A DNA stretch of 64,000 nucleotides from the NCBI GenBank assembly GCA_951406725.2, contig OX597818.1, positions 16,616,001-16,680,000 on the forward strand. The letters are read 5' to 3'. The position numbers were made by a program, and so were the translations under genes. The stretch comes from Octopus vulgaris. Taxonomy: Eukaryota. This document shows positions 26,830 to 39,864 of the stretch, piece after piece. How positions within the stretch are numbered: position 1 is the first letter of the stretch; every line of letters begins with the position of its first letter. The notes under the pieces were generated by a model that saw only the letters and a program-made list of their open reading frames with translations, was not told the DNA's origin and did no database searches.

Positions 26830-27290
26830 AGTTTAGAAACTTACATATCTACAATTTTCTCTGGACGAACACACAAACGATCATCTGTAAAAACTTTAAG
26901 AAACTTTAATATTTACAACTTCTATGAATACCTATCCTTTCCATTCTCCCTGAATATTCGAAAATGTAAACATACTTTTTATTGTCAGGACACTACAGTT
27001 TTCACTGTTCGGACATTCAAACGATCATCTTTAGAAAATTTTAAAACTTTAATATTTACAATTTTATGTGAAAATTTCACACTTCTTTCCTTTCCTTTCT
27101 CCCTGACTATTCGAAAATGTAAACATACTTTTTATTGCAAGAACACTACAGTTTTCTCTGATCGGCCATACAAACGATCATCTTTAGAAAAATTAAAACT
27201 TTAATATCTACAACTTTTTGTGAAACTTTTACCCTTCTTTTCTCCCTGACTACTCGAATATGTAAACACACCTTTTATTGCAACAACAAA
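26830..27290. repeat. ~150-bp tandem minisatellite, about three copies
   Basis: AAACGATCATCT at ~26875, 27018 and 27172; TCGAA(A/T)ATGTAAACA recurs three times. Confidence 0.9.
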
Positions 27291-27439
27291 TTAAACGTAC
27301 GATAAAAACTAAGGAGATAAGCACCTGCCAATATAAACAAACTGCACGATTACGAAAACTGTAAACCACAGCAAAACCTATAAAAAGAAAAGGAAATTTT
27401 TTAAAATCCCCCCAACCAAAAAAAAATTCAAAAATTCAA

Positions 27440-27585
27440 CGAGCTGGCAGACACGTTAGCGCGCCGGGCGAAATGCTTAGCGGTATTTCGTCTGTCGTTA
27501 CGTTCTGAGTTCAAATTCCGCCGAGGTCAACTTTGCCTTTCATCCTTTCGGGGTCGATAAATAAAGTACCAATTTCGTACTGGGG
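27440..27585 (+). mobile_element. SINE family B
   Basis: GAGCTGGCAGACACG...GAGTTCAAATTCCGCCGAGG...GATAAATAAAGTACC. Confidence 0.88.
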
Positions 27586-27629
27586 GCGGTATAGTGCTGA
27601 TAATCTATCTATCTACACACACACACATA

Positions 27630-30600
27630 GTTCAGCCAACACAAGCCTCACCTCGGCTCTAGATGTTAACCAAATATGAAAGTATTATTTGACAGGCAAG
27701 AACTCTGGCGTTGAAGACAGCCAGCCAGCCAACCACCAAGCCAGCCAACGAGACAGACAGACACTACTGTGATGGTGATAATGATAAAAAACAAAAATAA
27801 CAATAATAAGATACTGCTGTGACTACACATAAAACAATATCATTGATGATGATGATGATGATGATTGTGATGGTGATGATGATAATGATGATGGTGATGG
27901 TGGTGATAATGATGATAGTGATAATAATGGTGATGATAATAACAATAATAAGCCGACTACGGCTACTATAATGGTACGATTATAATTGTAACTCCCCACG
28001 AGCCAATCAAAGCTCAAAAATGATAACATTATCGTAGCACCAAAATGTTTTTGGAAACTACAAGGAAAACTAAATCAGTATACCAAATCGCTTGCCCTAT
28101 GGTTAATCTGGAAGCGCGTACCCCAGGGAAGAGCCAGCCTGGGATCGAAAAGTCATCAACTGGCACAAACTCTTCTCCGAATACGGACATGGATGGTCAC
28201 TTGAACGGGAAATCCCCCAACTCGAGCCCTCCAAGTTCACCACCACAACCACCACAGAAAGAAAAATGTAAGCGGAACAAATGGACCCGAGAAGAGTATA
28301 AAGAGGTAATATACGCTTATTACTATGCATTAGGTAGGCCATCTCAAGAGAGACACACCGCAAACTCTTACAGTATATGGAGAACACGGAATCAAGACAG
28401 TAGGCCCTATTTGGACGAGAACAAATTGGCAAATGTGAGGAGGGATATCCTTAGAAATAACAGACTCACAGACAGTGAAATAAGCGCGATCAAGCACGCA
28501 ACGGAAAATGACATAAATATAAGACACAAAGGAAATGAAGAATCAGATGAACAGTATAGCCCGCCACGAGGCTTAATTGAAAGACTGCCATCTGACCAAA
28601 GTACGCAAAGGCCTGAAGATACAAGAAATTCTATTGTACCTGTTAAAGATAGCCAGGAAAATGATAAAACAACAGTAACTGAAGATCTCGCATTTGCTGA
28701 AGAACACAGAGAGTCTATGGCAGAAATGAGGCAGAAAATCCTGAATACGCTTGAAGTTGTAAGATATACAAGTATGAATGATAGAGAACCACTTCATAAA
28801 CTCTCAAATACAAACCAAAATAAAAAACAAATCCAAATTGGCAACTATGTAACAAATGAAATAATACAAGAATTAAAACCTGATTTTACTGAGTTAAATG
28901 AAATTATTTACGCTTCTGCTAGGGCAATTGAAACCAGCTGTATGCCCCCGAAAAAACAAAGAAAACCAAACCTGGGAAGAAATCAAACCTGGAGAAGTAA
29001 AATTGAAAAAGAGATTGAATTTATGAGAGGGGAAATATCAATATTAAATGAACTAATATGTGGAAATGATGTAAGATCCAGAACAGGAAGAAAGATGAAG
29101 AGAAAATTTGGATCCTCACCAAGAGAAGAACTGATATCAATAAAAGAAACGCTGAAGCAAAAAGTCCAAGCAAAAGCCCAAAGAATACGAAGATTTGAGA
29201 AGAGAAACAAGTTTTACAAGCAAAATAAGCTGTTCACATCCAATGCCAAAAAATTCTACAGAGAAATAGGGAAGGAGAAAGTAACCGTTAAAGACCCCCC
29301 TCCCATGGAAGAAGTTCAAAACTTTTGGAAAAGGATTTGGAGTGACAAGAAGACGTACAACATAAATGCAGACTGGATTATACAAACTGAAGGATCCTAC
29401 CAAAATTTACAACAACAAGCATGGGAAGACATCACAATAGCAGACCTAAGAAAGGCACTCACGAAGGCCAATAATTGGAAATCCCCCGGTAAAGATAGGG
29501 TGCCGAATTTCTGGCTCGCATCGCTCCCATGCGCACACGGTAAGCTAGTTCAGCTGCTCAATGGAATTATGAGAGACCCAAAGAAAACACCTGAATGGTT
29601 AGCAAGTGGTATTACTTACCTACTCCCAAAGAATAACGAAACCAACCTTCCAAAAAACTACCGGCCTATAACCTGTCTATCCACCACGTATAAAATCCTA
29701 ACATCTATCCTGGCGGAGAAAACATATGCATTCATGGAGAAGAACGATATTTTCCCCATTGAACAAAAAGGGTGCCGCCGAGGCTCATACGGATGCAAAG
29801 ATCAAATGCTAATTAATCGTATGATCCTTGAGAACTGTCACAACAAGCACAGAAATCTCAGCTCCGCATGGATTGACTATAAAAAGGCCTTCGACAGTAT
29901 ACCGCTCGACAGAGATCGCTGCTGGACATCTTCAAAATTTCCCCTGTGATTTCAAACTTCCTGAAGCACAATATGTCGTTGTGGAATACGAATCTCCAAT
30001 TATACCACTCTAATGGAGTACTTGCCTCAGAAAATATAAACATCAACTGTGGAATTTTTCAAGGTGACTCACTTTCACCTTTAATATTCTGCATAGCCCT
30101 AATACCCCTTACAAGTGAATTAAACAGAACAGGGTATGGGTATAAAATTGCCAATAAAAAAATAAGCCATCTATTTTATATGGATGACTTAAAACTCTAT
30201 GGTAAAGACAATAATGAACTTGAAGGCCTATTGCGCACTGTGAAAGCATTCAGCGAGGACATCGGGATGGAGTTTGGACTTGAGAAGTGTGCCAAGGCCA
30301 CTTTACAGAAAGGGAAAGTGAAGACCACAAATTCAGTCATGTTAGATATTGACACAGTCATAAGAGAGCTTGAGCAAGAACAAACATACAAATATTTAGG
30401 GATAAATGAAGGCTCTGGTATTCAGCATGCAAGCATGAAAGAGAAGATCAGGAAGGAATGTTATAGGAGAGTTCGTGCAGTCCTGAAATCTGAACTAAAT
30501 GCACGTAACAAGGTGTTAGCTATAAATTCCTTAGCAGTTCCAGTTGTTACTTATAGCTACAATGTGTTGAACTGGAATATGAGTGAAGTAAAGAATATTG

Positions 30601-31884
30601 ATAGGAAAATACGCAAGCTGCTGAGTTGTAACAGGATGCACCACCCAAAGGCAGACGTAGATCGCCTTTACCTTCCCAGAGCCCAAGGAGGTTGAGGCCT
30701 GATCCAATTTGAACTAGCTTACAAAACAACCACAATTGGACTGGCCAAATATCTTGAAATAACGAATGACTGGATGCTAAAGCTCGTGGAAAATCACGAG
30801 AGACGAAAGAAGCTTCATTCTATCATAAAGGAAAGCAAAAAATTTGCTATTGATCTCGTGCAGGATACCCAAACTGAACAACCCGAGGGAAGTACGGCAA
30901 CTATTGTTGCAAAGAAGGTGAAAATAATGGCAACGAAAAAAGCGCACGAGCAATTGGCTGATAGGTGGGAGGAGAAACCTCTGCACGGCAAATATGTGGC
31001 CCGCAGCAAACAAGCTGATGTTGACCAGAAGCAAACCCATCAGTGGCTACGGAGCTCAGGGCTAAAAGCAGAGAGCGAAGGTTTCATCCTGGCTGCTCAA
31101 GATCAAAGCCTATTAACCCGGAACTACCAGGCCAAAGTGATGAAAAATGGAGCAGACCCTGCAACGACATGATTGAAACAGTGGACCACCTAATCTCTGG
31201 ATGTAAAGTCTTACCACCAGTGGAGTATAAATTAAGACATGACAGAGTTGGCCAATATCTACACTGGCTAATAAGTCGGCATTACAATATCAAAACTGCC
31301 GACAAGTGGTATAATCACCACCCTGAGGCTGTAACTGAAGGAGAAAATGTAACCATTCTGTGGGACTTTCCAGTACATACAGACCGAACCATCAAGGCCA
31401 ATAAACCAGATATTGTTGTGAAAGACCAAAACAATAAGGTTTGCTTATTGATCGACATGAGTATCCCCTGTGATCATAATATCTCAGCGAAAGAGTTTGA
31501 CAAGCTCAGAAAATATAAAGACCTACTCATTGAAATTGAGAAAATGTGGCATCTCAAGGCGGTTACAATACCAGTGATCGTAGGAGCACTAGGAATGATC
31601 AAGAAGGGAACCGAAAATTATATGAGAATGATCCCTGGCTTACCATCCCTGCAAGAAGTGCAAAAGATTGTCTTAACTGGTACATCACACGTATTGAGAA
31701 GAGCATTGTCGATGTGAGAATTATTACTACCCATGTATTTTAATTTAACTTAAAAAAAAAAAAATGAACGAACTGTTGAGTTTGGTTTGATGGCCTACCG
31801 GTGTGTACTATGAGTTTCTTTGCCCTAGGAGTCGGGAAGACACTCGGCAAGAAATGGAAGCAAATTTGAAAGAGGAAAAAAAAG
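27630..31884 (+). mobile_element. Dong/R4-clade RLE non-LTR retrotransposon, near full length; 5' boundary uncertain
   Basis: A single long RT-RLE reading frame, a short 3' UTR and a 3' end joined directly to (TAA)n, the known Dong target. Confidence 0.88.
28045..31717 (+). pseudogene. R4/Dong polyprotein (N-terminal Myb-like region, RT, CCHC knuckle, RLE) with three lesions
   Basis: KWTREE, KSPGKD, NYRPITCL, WIDYKKAFDS, GIFQGDSLSP, HLFYMDDLK, YKYLG, ETVDHLISGC, RHD, KPDIVV..LIDMSIP..KLRKY. Frameshifts at ~29905 and ~31160; TGA at 30693. Confidence 0.95.
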
Positions 31885-31907
31885 TAATAATAATAATAAT
31901 AATAATA

Positions 31908-31954
<47 letters not shown>

Positions 31955-31976
31955 AATGATAATAATAATAATAATG

Positions 31977-32044
<68 letters not shown>
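31885..32044. repeat. (TAA)n/(TGA)n array between two R4 elements
   Basis: Directly visible in the sequence. Confidence 0.95.
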
Positions 32045-32045
<1 letters not shown>

Positions 32046-33887
32046 GACATTCTTGAGCTGGTACAGGTGTCTGATAACATATCAAATTTTGTTATGAGAT
32101 CAATGAGAACTGGAATACAGAGTTAACTTCATGTGGAAAATTTTTGGCGAGGGTTAACACCAAGAGAGGCATATTTCAAGGAAGTAGCCTATCACCGTTG
32201 CTGTTTGTGATTTGTATGATAACCCTCACACAGATACTGCAGAAAGTGACATCGGGGTACTCCTTGAAAAGTAGAGGAAAATTAAATCATCTGTTATATA
32301 TGTTATATATGGATGACTTAAAAATCTTTGGTAAGAATGAAGGTGAAATAAATGGCCTAGTTTCGATAGCACAGATATTCAGTAAGGATACCGGAATGGG
32401 ATTTGGGATTAAAAAGTGTGATATGCTTATAATACAAAGAGGCAAAGTAGTGTCGTCTGGTGGTGTAGAGCTACCCAACGGCGAGAAAATCAAGGATACT
32501 GAGACTAATGGATATAAATATCTGGGAATTTTGGAATACGACAAAATCAAGGAAAGTGAAATGAAGGAAAGCTTTAAGTGAGAATATCTCAGAAGAACCA
32601 AATTGATTATGGGAAGTAGGCTTAATGGAAATGGAAAAAACAAGATCTGAGTAATGAACACAGGGACTGTTTTCTTAATACGATATGGCACATGTGTTGT
32701 TAGGACAAAGACGAGCTTGAGAAAATGGTCAAGAAAGCCAGAAAAGTGATGACATTTAACAAGGAACTACACCCCAAAAGCGATACTGGTAGGCTGTGTG
32801 TGCCGAGAAACAAGGGAGGAAGAAGCCTCATAGGGTGCAAGATCTGATTTGTCAACGAGAAGAACAGTCTGGGATGGTACATCAAACAGCAGATTGAATC
32901 CTTGCTTGCCGCTGATAGAATTAACAATACAGTACCTATCGAAAATATGATGCACCCGCAAACATTTAAGAAACAAGATAAAGAAAAAAGAGTAAACAAT
33001 TGGAAAATCAAATCACTGCGTGGGCAATACCCCAGAATAATCAAAGAAAAAGACAAGATCAACACTTGGAGATGCCTAAGCAAAAGTGGTCTGAACGGAT
33101 GCTCTGAGGCATTGATATACAGTGCTCAAGAACAAGCCCTGAGAAATAATTACACCAAGTTCCAAATAGATAAGAGTAGATAGACGTGTGACAGCAGAAA
33201 TGAAACAATCTCACATATTGTGAGTGAGTGTAGCAAGCTGACTCAAAAGCACTACAAAAGGAGACACGATAATCTGATTAAATTCGTCTACTGGAGGCTA
33301 TGTGAATAGAACACGGAAATTGTACAAACACGAACCAGAAGGAGTTACTGAGAACAAGAAATATAAGATACTGTGGGATTTTACAATCCAATGTGACTCA
33401 CTAATTGATGCTCGGAGACCAGATTTTGTTGTCGTAGATTGAGGAAAAAGGAAACCAAGATTATAGATATTGCAATGCCTGGGGATGCCTCCATAAGTGA
33501 CAAAGAACTAGAAAAGCCTGAAAAATATAGACTACTAAAAGATAAAATTGCAAGAATGTGGACTATGAGGAGAGTGTCTGTCATTCCAGGAGTTGTAGGG
33601 GCATTCGGAGCACTAACAACCAAGTTCGAGAAATATGCCAGAGAAATCAGAATTGACATGAAAGCAGAGCAAGCCCCCGAAACTGCTCTACTGGGGACAG
33701 ATAGGATTTTGAGATTGGTACTTGGATGTGGAATGTCTCCAACGATAATTAACAACCAAGTATCAAAGCTTATAATGTACAGAAGGAGACTCTGTGAGAC
33801 CTCTGACAGTAGGCTGGTGTCCGCTCTCACAGAAACTACCAGAACAAACAAAACCGAGCGTTTTGAGAAGTTAAACAACAGCAACAA
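32045..33887 (+). mobile_element. Second, 5'-truncated and more decayed Dong/R4 element of a different family
   Basis: RGIFQGSSLSP, LYMLYMDDLK, YKYLG, AQEQAL, IIDIAMP..K..KY, many stops; ends in an AAC/AAT tail. Confidence 0.9.
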
Positions 33888-34289
33888 TAATAATAACAAT
33901 AATAATGATCATTGGTTGATTGTGACTCTCACTGGTTTGATGAGGGAGCTGCATGGATGACAAGAGGGAAGTAGCGAACTTCGATGTGGGCCAATGAAAC
34001 TGCACATTCTTTGATAGCATTAATGCTGTTCGGCAGTACTGGAAGGGCCGAAACTGTCGGAAGAGGCTGAAATCAATGTGGTTTCCACTCGGCAGCTGAT
34101 TAAGGACTTGCCCTGCAGTGTAATCGTTATAATGCATGTATGTATGTATGTATGTATGTATGTATGTATGTATGTATGTATGTATGTATGTATGTATGTA
34201 TGTATGTGTGTATATGCATGCGTGTTTGTATGTCTGTATGTATTGGTGTATGTGTGTGTGTATGTATGCGTGGGTGCGCGCGCGTGTAT

Positions 34290-36490
34290 AAACTGGTATT
34301 TAGAAGACTGTAAATTTCCAAAATTCTTCTTCCAGAAGACCTCTGAGATGGTAGCCTGGCGATATGTTTGACATACTGTGTTATCAACCGTACGTAAGGC
34401 TGTAAATAATGTGGGTCCCTTGACATGGTGTAAGAGGAGCCTTAGATAGTAGCACTCTGAGTAGTTGGGATGGACAACATAGAATCTTGATTCCCAGATG
34501 ATGTGTGGGTGCTCCAAGTGCACGTTTTTTCCATTTGTTTTGGTACCAGGTATAGAAATGCGGAACTTCATTGTATAGCAGTCTTGTAGCAAATTCATCA
34601 TCTTGACAGAGCTTGAAGAATGCTGTGAGTATGGTATTTTTGGGAGCTTCCATTTGTAGTTGGAATGTGTCTGTCAGTGTGCTGTCTCTGAGATGAAGGA
34701 CAATGTCACGCTTGCCATGTACTTGCCCAGCCGAAAGCACAGCTATTTAATTTGCCGTTGGAGCATTAAACCTCCTTCCACGTTGACAAGATGGATTCTT
34801 GCCTGATCTGATAACTACCTTGTAATCCAGGGAGTTAGATGAAATTGTTTCAAGTGCAGCCTTGAAGCTTCTGATCAGGTTGTTGTTCTTATGCAGCATC
34901 TTTTGCAGAGACACTACAATATTCATACCGATGCCGGAAATGTTCTTGCACCTCTCTTGCCCTTCTTGTTGAGAATCACCCATGAAATAATTTGGGGGAT
35001 TCATCTGACAGAGGTAGTAGAAAGCCAATCCGATGATAAATCTGACTTTGGACCTTGAAAGTTTGCATGAATCCTGGCTCAGTCATGTCTCTTGTGGCTC
35101 CAAATGATGTCATCTGTAGTGCAGCATTGTACTGTCTAATTTTGTTTTGGAAGTGCTTGGAATCTTGGTCAGTTGATGACAACAGTTTCCTCAATGGCTA
35201 TGGAGGTTGGGGGATTGCAGGGATTTAACCTTTCCACCACTGCAGCACAGTGCAGATGTCTCTCCAGACTACTTCTTTGCTTTACAATGTATGCACTCAA
35301 TTGTCATTGCACCAATGGAAACTCTAGTGTCATCTGTATAATGAACTGCTGTATCATAACTGAAAGCTTCTTCATGGAAGTTGCTTCTCTGAGCTATTTA
35401 AACTACTTTTTGTTCAGCAGTGGAGATCCTATTCCTTATCAGTCGTGCATACCTCTGTTCATCACTTTGAGATGCTCTGACTTTTATAGCGCACAATCTG
35501 TTCGTTTCTTAGCATGCTTCCCTTTCTGCAGCTATCTCTCTTTCCCTAGACAGAGACATTCTTTTGGCTGACCTTGATATTGTACGCAAATTGGAATAAC
35601 TACAGATTCTTTTTGTCCCATCCCCGACTTTGGATGATCATAATTTACAGAAAAATGGATATTTTTTAATGAAATTTTCTACGACAAATTACTGACAGAA
35701 TGAAGTTCGCAATCACTGATGAAAGTAATTTCATAATTTACTAACAGAAGCTTCTTCATAAATTTCACGGTGTTGACTTCTTTCTGGTTCCTTCGATACT
35801 AGCTCTTTGGTTCACAGGGTGACAAAATTTGCTTCAACCCGTACAAAACTTTATTTTCCGTTAAAATTTCTTATTTACTTTCTGCCCGTCGTATTAAGAA
35901 ACATAATTTCCGTTACCAAGTTATTTTCATTGTTTACTATCTTCTGTATACATATATAACCATACTTAGAAGGAAAGTGCCAAATTTGTCGGCATAACTA
36001 CAGATTTTAATTTGTTTTTAAGACGACTTATCTGTTGCATACGATTTTTTTCACTTTCAGTTGCATGCGATTTTCCCCCTTTCAGTAAATTCCCAGGTAA
36101 ACGTCTCTAACTTTGCCTTTCATTCTTTCGGAAACTATTCAGTGAAAACAATAACATGGAAGTTAAACAATGGCGTATGAAAAGTGAAAGTGAAAGGAAT
36201 AGCGTCTGAAAAATGAAAGTGAAAACAAGAGGTATAGATAGAGAGATATACATGAAAAGATATGTTATGTCACTGACGCTAGAAAACCCAAAGTAGATAT
36301 TTGAAGAACTTTCAAAGACGCTAATGAAATATAAAAAGCAATATTTTTTTATTTTTAATAATTTTTACCAAAAAAATCAAATGAATAGTCTATTATTTGT
36401 CCGAGGTCAAATTATTTATGCATCACAAGTATGAAAGCAATTAGTGAAGCCGTTTTCGCGTGAAAAATGAATACGCACACATCTCTATTA
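34290..36490 (-). mobile_element. Degraded Helitron (Rep N-terminal relic at 34290-35570 plus probable 5' non-coding part)
   Basis: IRQYNAALQMTSFG, FKVQSQIYHRIG, LQKMLHKNNNLIRSFK, RRFNAPTAN, LTAFFKLCQDDEFA, ECYYLRLLLHHVKGPT. The 5' boundary is inferred. Confidence 0.85.
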
Positions 36491-36494
36491 GCTC

Positions 36495-36645
36495 TATTTC
36501 GTCTTCCGTTACGTTCTGAGTTCAAATTCCGCCGAGGTCGACTTTGCCTTTAATCCTTTCGGGGTCGATAAATTAAGTACCAGTTACGCACTGTGTTGAT
36601 GTAATCGACTTAATCCGTTTGTCCCCTCTGTGTGGGTTGTAAATA
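36495..36645 (+). mobile_element. SINE family B
   Basis: GAGTTCAAATTCCGCCGAGGTCGACTTTGCC...GATAAATTAAGTACCAG. Confidence 0.88.
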
Positions 36646-36672
36646 AATGATATATATATATATATATATATA

Positions 36673-37960
36673 CGAGGGGCGTTCAATAAGTAATGCCCCT
36701 GACCCACTTCCCATAGCAGTAGAGCAACGAAACTTGGCACAGTTATTAGTCTTTTTCTACATAGGAACCACCCAGAGTTACGCATTTCTCCCATCGTTTG
36801 ATGCGGCTCTGGAGATCGTTTTTGTAGAACCCAGCTTGGTCCTCCAACCTCAACGTGACTTCAGAAATCAAGGCTGCATCATCTGGGAAACGCTTTCCTT
36901 TCAAAAACAACTTCATGATTGGGAAGAGGTGAAAATCAGAGGGTGCAAGGTCAGGAAAGTAGGAGGGATGGGGAGGAGTTCATAGCCATACGCCTGTGTT
37001 TCTGATCTGGCGACAAGCGAGTTGTGGACCGGAGCGTTGTCCTGCAGAAAGAGGATGCCTTTGCTGATCTTGCCCCGCCTCTTGATTTTGATAACTTCTC
37101 TTAATTTCCTCAAAAGTGAAGCATAATAGGCTCCTGCAATTGTGGTACCCTTCGCCAGGAAATCTGTCATCACTACTCCGTCCTGGTCCCAGAAGACTGT
37201 GAGCATGACCTTGCCAGCAGAGGGCTGCACCCTTGCCTTCTTTGGTGGGGGTGAGTCACGGTGCTTCCACTGCATTGACTGGGCTTTGGTCTCTGGATCA
37301 TCGTGATGGACCCAGGTTTCATCCTGTGTAATCAGTCTTTTGAAAAAGTTTGACTCATCTTCTTGGCACATCTCCAAATTCACCCTCGAGCACTCGACGC
37401 GTTCTTGCTTCTGGAAAGGCGTGAGCAACCTGGGAATCCATCTGGCAGACACCTTTTGCATATGCAAATAGTCATGAATGATAGTTTCCACAGACCCGGT
37501 ACTAATCTTGACCTCATGGGCTATTCGGCGAATAATTATGCGTCGATCTTCCAAAATGGCAGCCTCAACTTGACGGACAGATGCCTCATCAATGGCAGAA
37601 GGGGGCGACCAGATCTGGGAGCTGTTTCCACAGAGTTCCGACCATGTTTGAATTCATGATGCCCGCGTTTTACAAGGTCATATGATGGGGCATCATCACC
37701 ATAAGTTACTTTCATTTCATCAAAAGTCTCCCGTGGTGTGCGTCCTTTCAAATACAAAAACCGGGTCACTGCTCGACACTCAACAGGCTCCATTTCACAC
37801 TTGACTCAGTTCAAACACCTGTAAATCAGAAACCACAATTAATTCAGAGCTGTAATTTGCCACTTACTCTATAGAGATATAAATTATTGCACATGCAAAA
37901 TTTCAGCCAGATCAAACAACTGCAAGTGGGTCAGAGGCATTACTTATTGAACGTCCCTCG
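36673..37960 (-). mobile_element. Full-length mariner transposon (1288 bp) in (TA)n
   Basis: 37-bp TIRs CGAGGG(G/A)CGTTCAATAAGTAATGCC(C/T)CTGACCCACTT with two mismatches; TA on both sides. Confidence 0.95.
36746..37793 (-). pseudogene. Mariner DD34D transposase with two frameshifts
   Basis: PRSGRP, WIPRLL, TQDETW, QDNAPVH, then after a frameshift YFPDLAPSDFHLF, ending GGSYVEKD*. Confidence 0.93.
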
Positions 37961-37994
<34 letters not shown>

Positions 37995-38269
37995 TGTGTG
38001 TGTGCGTGTATGTGTGCGTATGTATGTATATGTGTATGCATATATATATATATTATAATGTCTTGTTTGTTTCCGTCTTGGTACACATTCTCTAGTTTTT
38101 CGTCAGTAGCTTAATAAATGCACTGGCGCCTACAAAATTGAGCGGTCTCAATGGTAATTGGCGCTAAACTGCTATGACATTTTGCTTCATTGACTGACGA
38201 GGAAAACTCAGCTGCAAATATTCCGTGTATCATGACTTTTGTCTAATATCCCGTCTGTTAAGGTTTCGT

Positions 38270-39290
38270 CGGGGGTCGATAAATTAAGAAACTTAAGTAC
38301 CAGTTGCGTACTGGGGTCGATCTAATCGACTGCCCCCCCCCCGCCCTCAAAATTTCGGGCCTTGTGTCTAGAGTAGAAAAGAATAGAGTAGAAACGAATA
38401 CAAAGATAACAGTACTTGACTGGCACTTTATTTGATCGACCCTGAAGAATGAAAGGCAAAATTGAAATAACAAGCATATAACAATGTTGTCAACCCATCA
38501 CCCATGATTTTTAACACAGCACTAAGCGACCGCATTGACCTTAGTACTTGATTGGTGCTTTTAAAAAAAAAATTACCCTAAAGAGATTTGAACTCAGAAC
38601 GTAGAATAGCGCATCTTATTACTGCGAGGCATTTCGTCCAATAATAGTTGTTTCAAACTTTGGCACAAGGCCAACAATTTTGTGAGAGGGATTAAGTCGA
38701 TTATATTGAACCCAGGGCTCAACTGGTACTTATTTTATTGACTTCGAAAGGATGAAAGGTAAAGTCGATCTCGGCAGAATTTGAACTTAGAATGTAAAGA
38801 CGGACAAAATGCCGCTAAGCATTTTGCCCAGTGCGTAACGATTTGGCCATCTCGGCCACCTTATTTCGTCAAAAAAATTATAGAAATATTGGTTTCAAAT
38901 CTTGGCACAAGGCCAGCAAGTTCATGAGAGGGGCTAAGACGATTACGTCGACCCATGTTTAACTGGGGCTCCAAATGGATGAAATGCGAAGTCGACTTCA
39001 GCAGAATTTGAACTCAGAACGTACAGATATGCAAAATGCCGCTAAGTATTCTTGCTCGGTGTGATAACGAATCTGCCAGAGCGGCCACTGTATTTCCTCC
39101 AATCTTAGAAATATTTATTTTAGCTACAAGTTATTTTGAGGTGACTGGGCTAGTCGGTTACACTGAGTCCAGTACTTGACTGGTATTTTATTTCATCGAA
39201 CCCGAAAGAATGAAAAGTAAAGTTGGCCTCAGCGGGGTTTGAACTCAGAACGTAAAGGGCCATATCTAAATGCAACAAGACATTTCTTCT
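38270..39290. mobile_element. Cluster of SINE family B copies and fragments (first on plus, rest on minus)
   Basis: Repeated GGCACAAGGCC...AAAGTCGA...GAATTTGAACT blocks. Confidence 0.8.
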
Positions 39291-39302
39291 GATACTCTAA
39301 CG

Positions 39303-39864
39303 CAATGGTTCTCAACCGGAATCCATATGAGTTCATAAGATTTTGTTAAAATTTATCTGCAATAAATTAGTTATATACTTCAACAATCACAAAATATTTT
39401 AACAATTCTTTTTTATACAATTCCTGATCATATTTAATTATAGGAATATAAAAAGATCTTTTAAACATCGAATGGCTAAGAGAGTAATGGAAATGGTAAA
39501 AAACCCCTTCGTTCATGAATGACCAAGGGATTGCCTCAAGAAAGTTACCCTCCGAGGCACAAATCCGGGCAAAGTTGTTTATGGAAGACCAGCAGTCGTC
39601 CATACATACCAGCCTCTCCTTTCCATGTCATCGGTGTTATCCAAGGGAAAGGCAAAGGCCGATGCAGCTTGGCACCTGCGACGTCGAAACTAATTTCTAC
39701 AGTTGAGTGGACTAGAGCAACGTAAAATAAAGAACACTACACACAACTCGGTCCGGGAATCGAACTCTCTACCTCGTCATTGTAAGCCCGGCGCTTTAAC
39801 CACTGAGCCACCAAGTAAAATAGGAATCGGGGGGGCATAGGTAAAAATTGGTTGAGAAACACTG
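39303..39864. mobile_element. hAT/Charlie-type MITE with a nested SINE
   Basis: Termini CAATGGTTCTCAACC and GGTTGAGAAACACTG resemble Charlie TIRs. The 8-bp TSD matches only partly (CTCTAACG vs CTCTGTTT). Confidence 0.7.
39497..39813 (-). mobile_element. tRNA-derived SINE, third family (C)
   Basis: Minus strand: GGTGGCTCAGTGGTTAAAGCG (A box) and GAGTTCGATTCCC (B box), then ~230 nt unrelated to tRNA. Confidence 0.8.

Noticed and set aside
28103-31040. Antisense ORFs over the R4 element
   Set aside because: They are shadow ORFs of the coding strand.
33925-33955. CTGGTTTGATGAGGGA motif shared with ~48730 (minus) as a snoRNA C box or ribozyme
   Set aside because: No D box with terminal stem and no hammerhead stems; more likely a fragment of another LINE 3' UTR.
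39735-39813. tRNA gene
   Set aside because: A and B boxes are present, but there is no good acceptor stem and the sequence continues into a SINE body.
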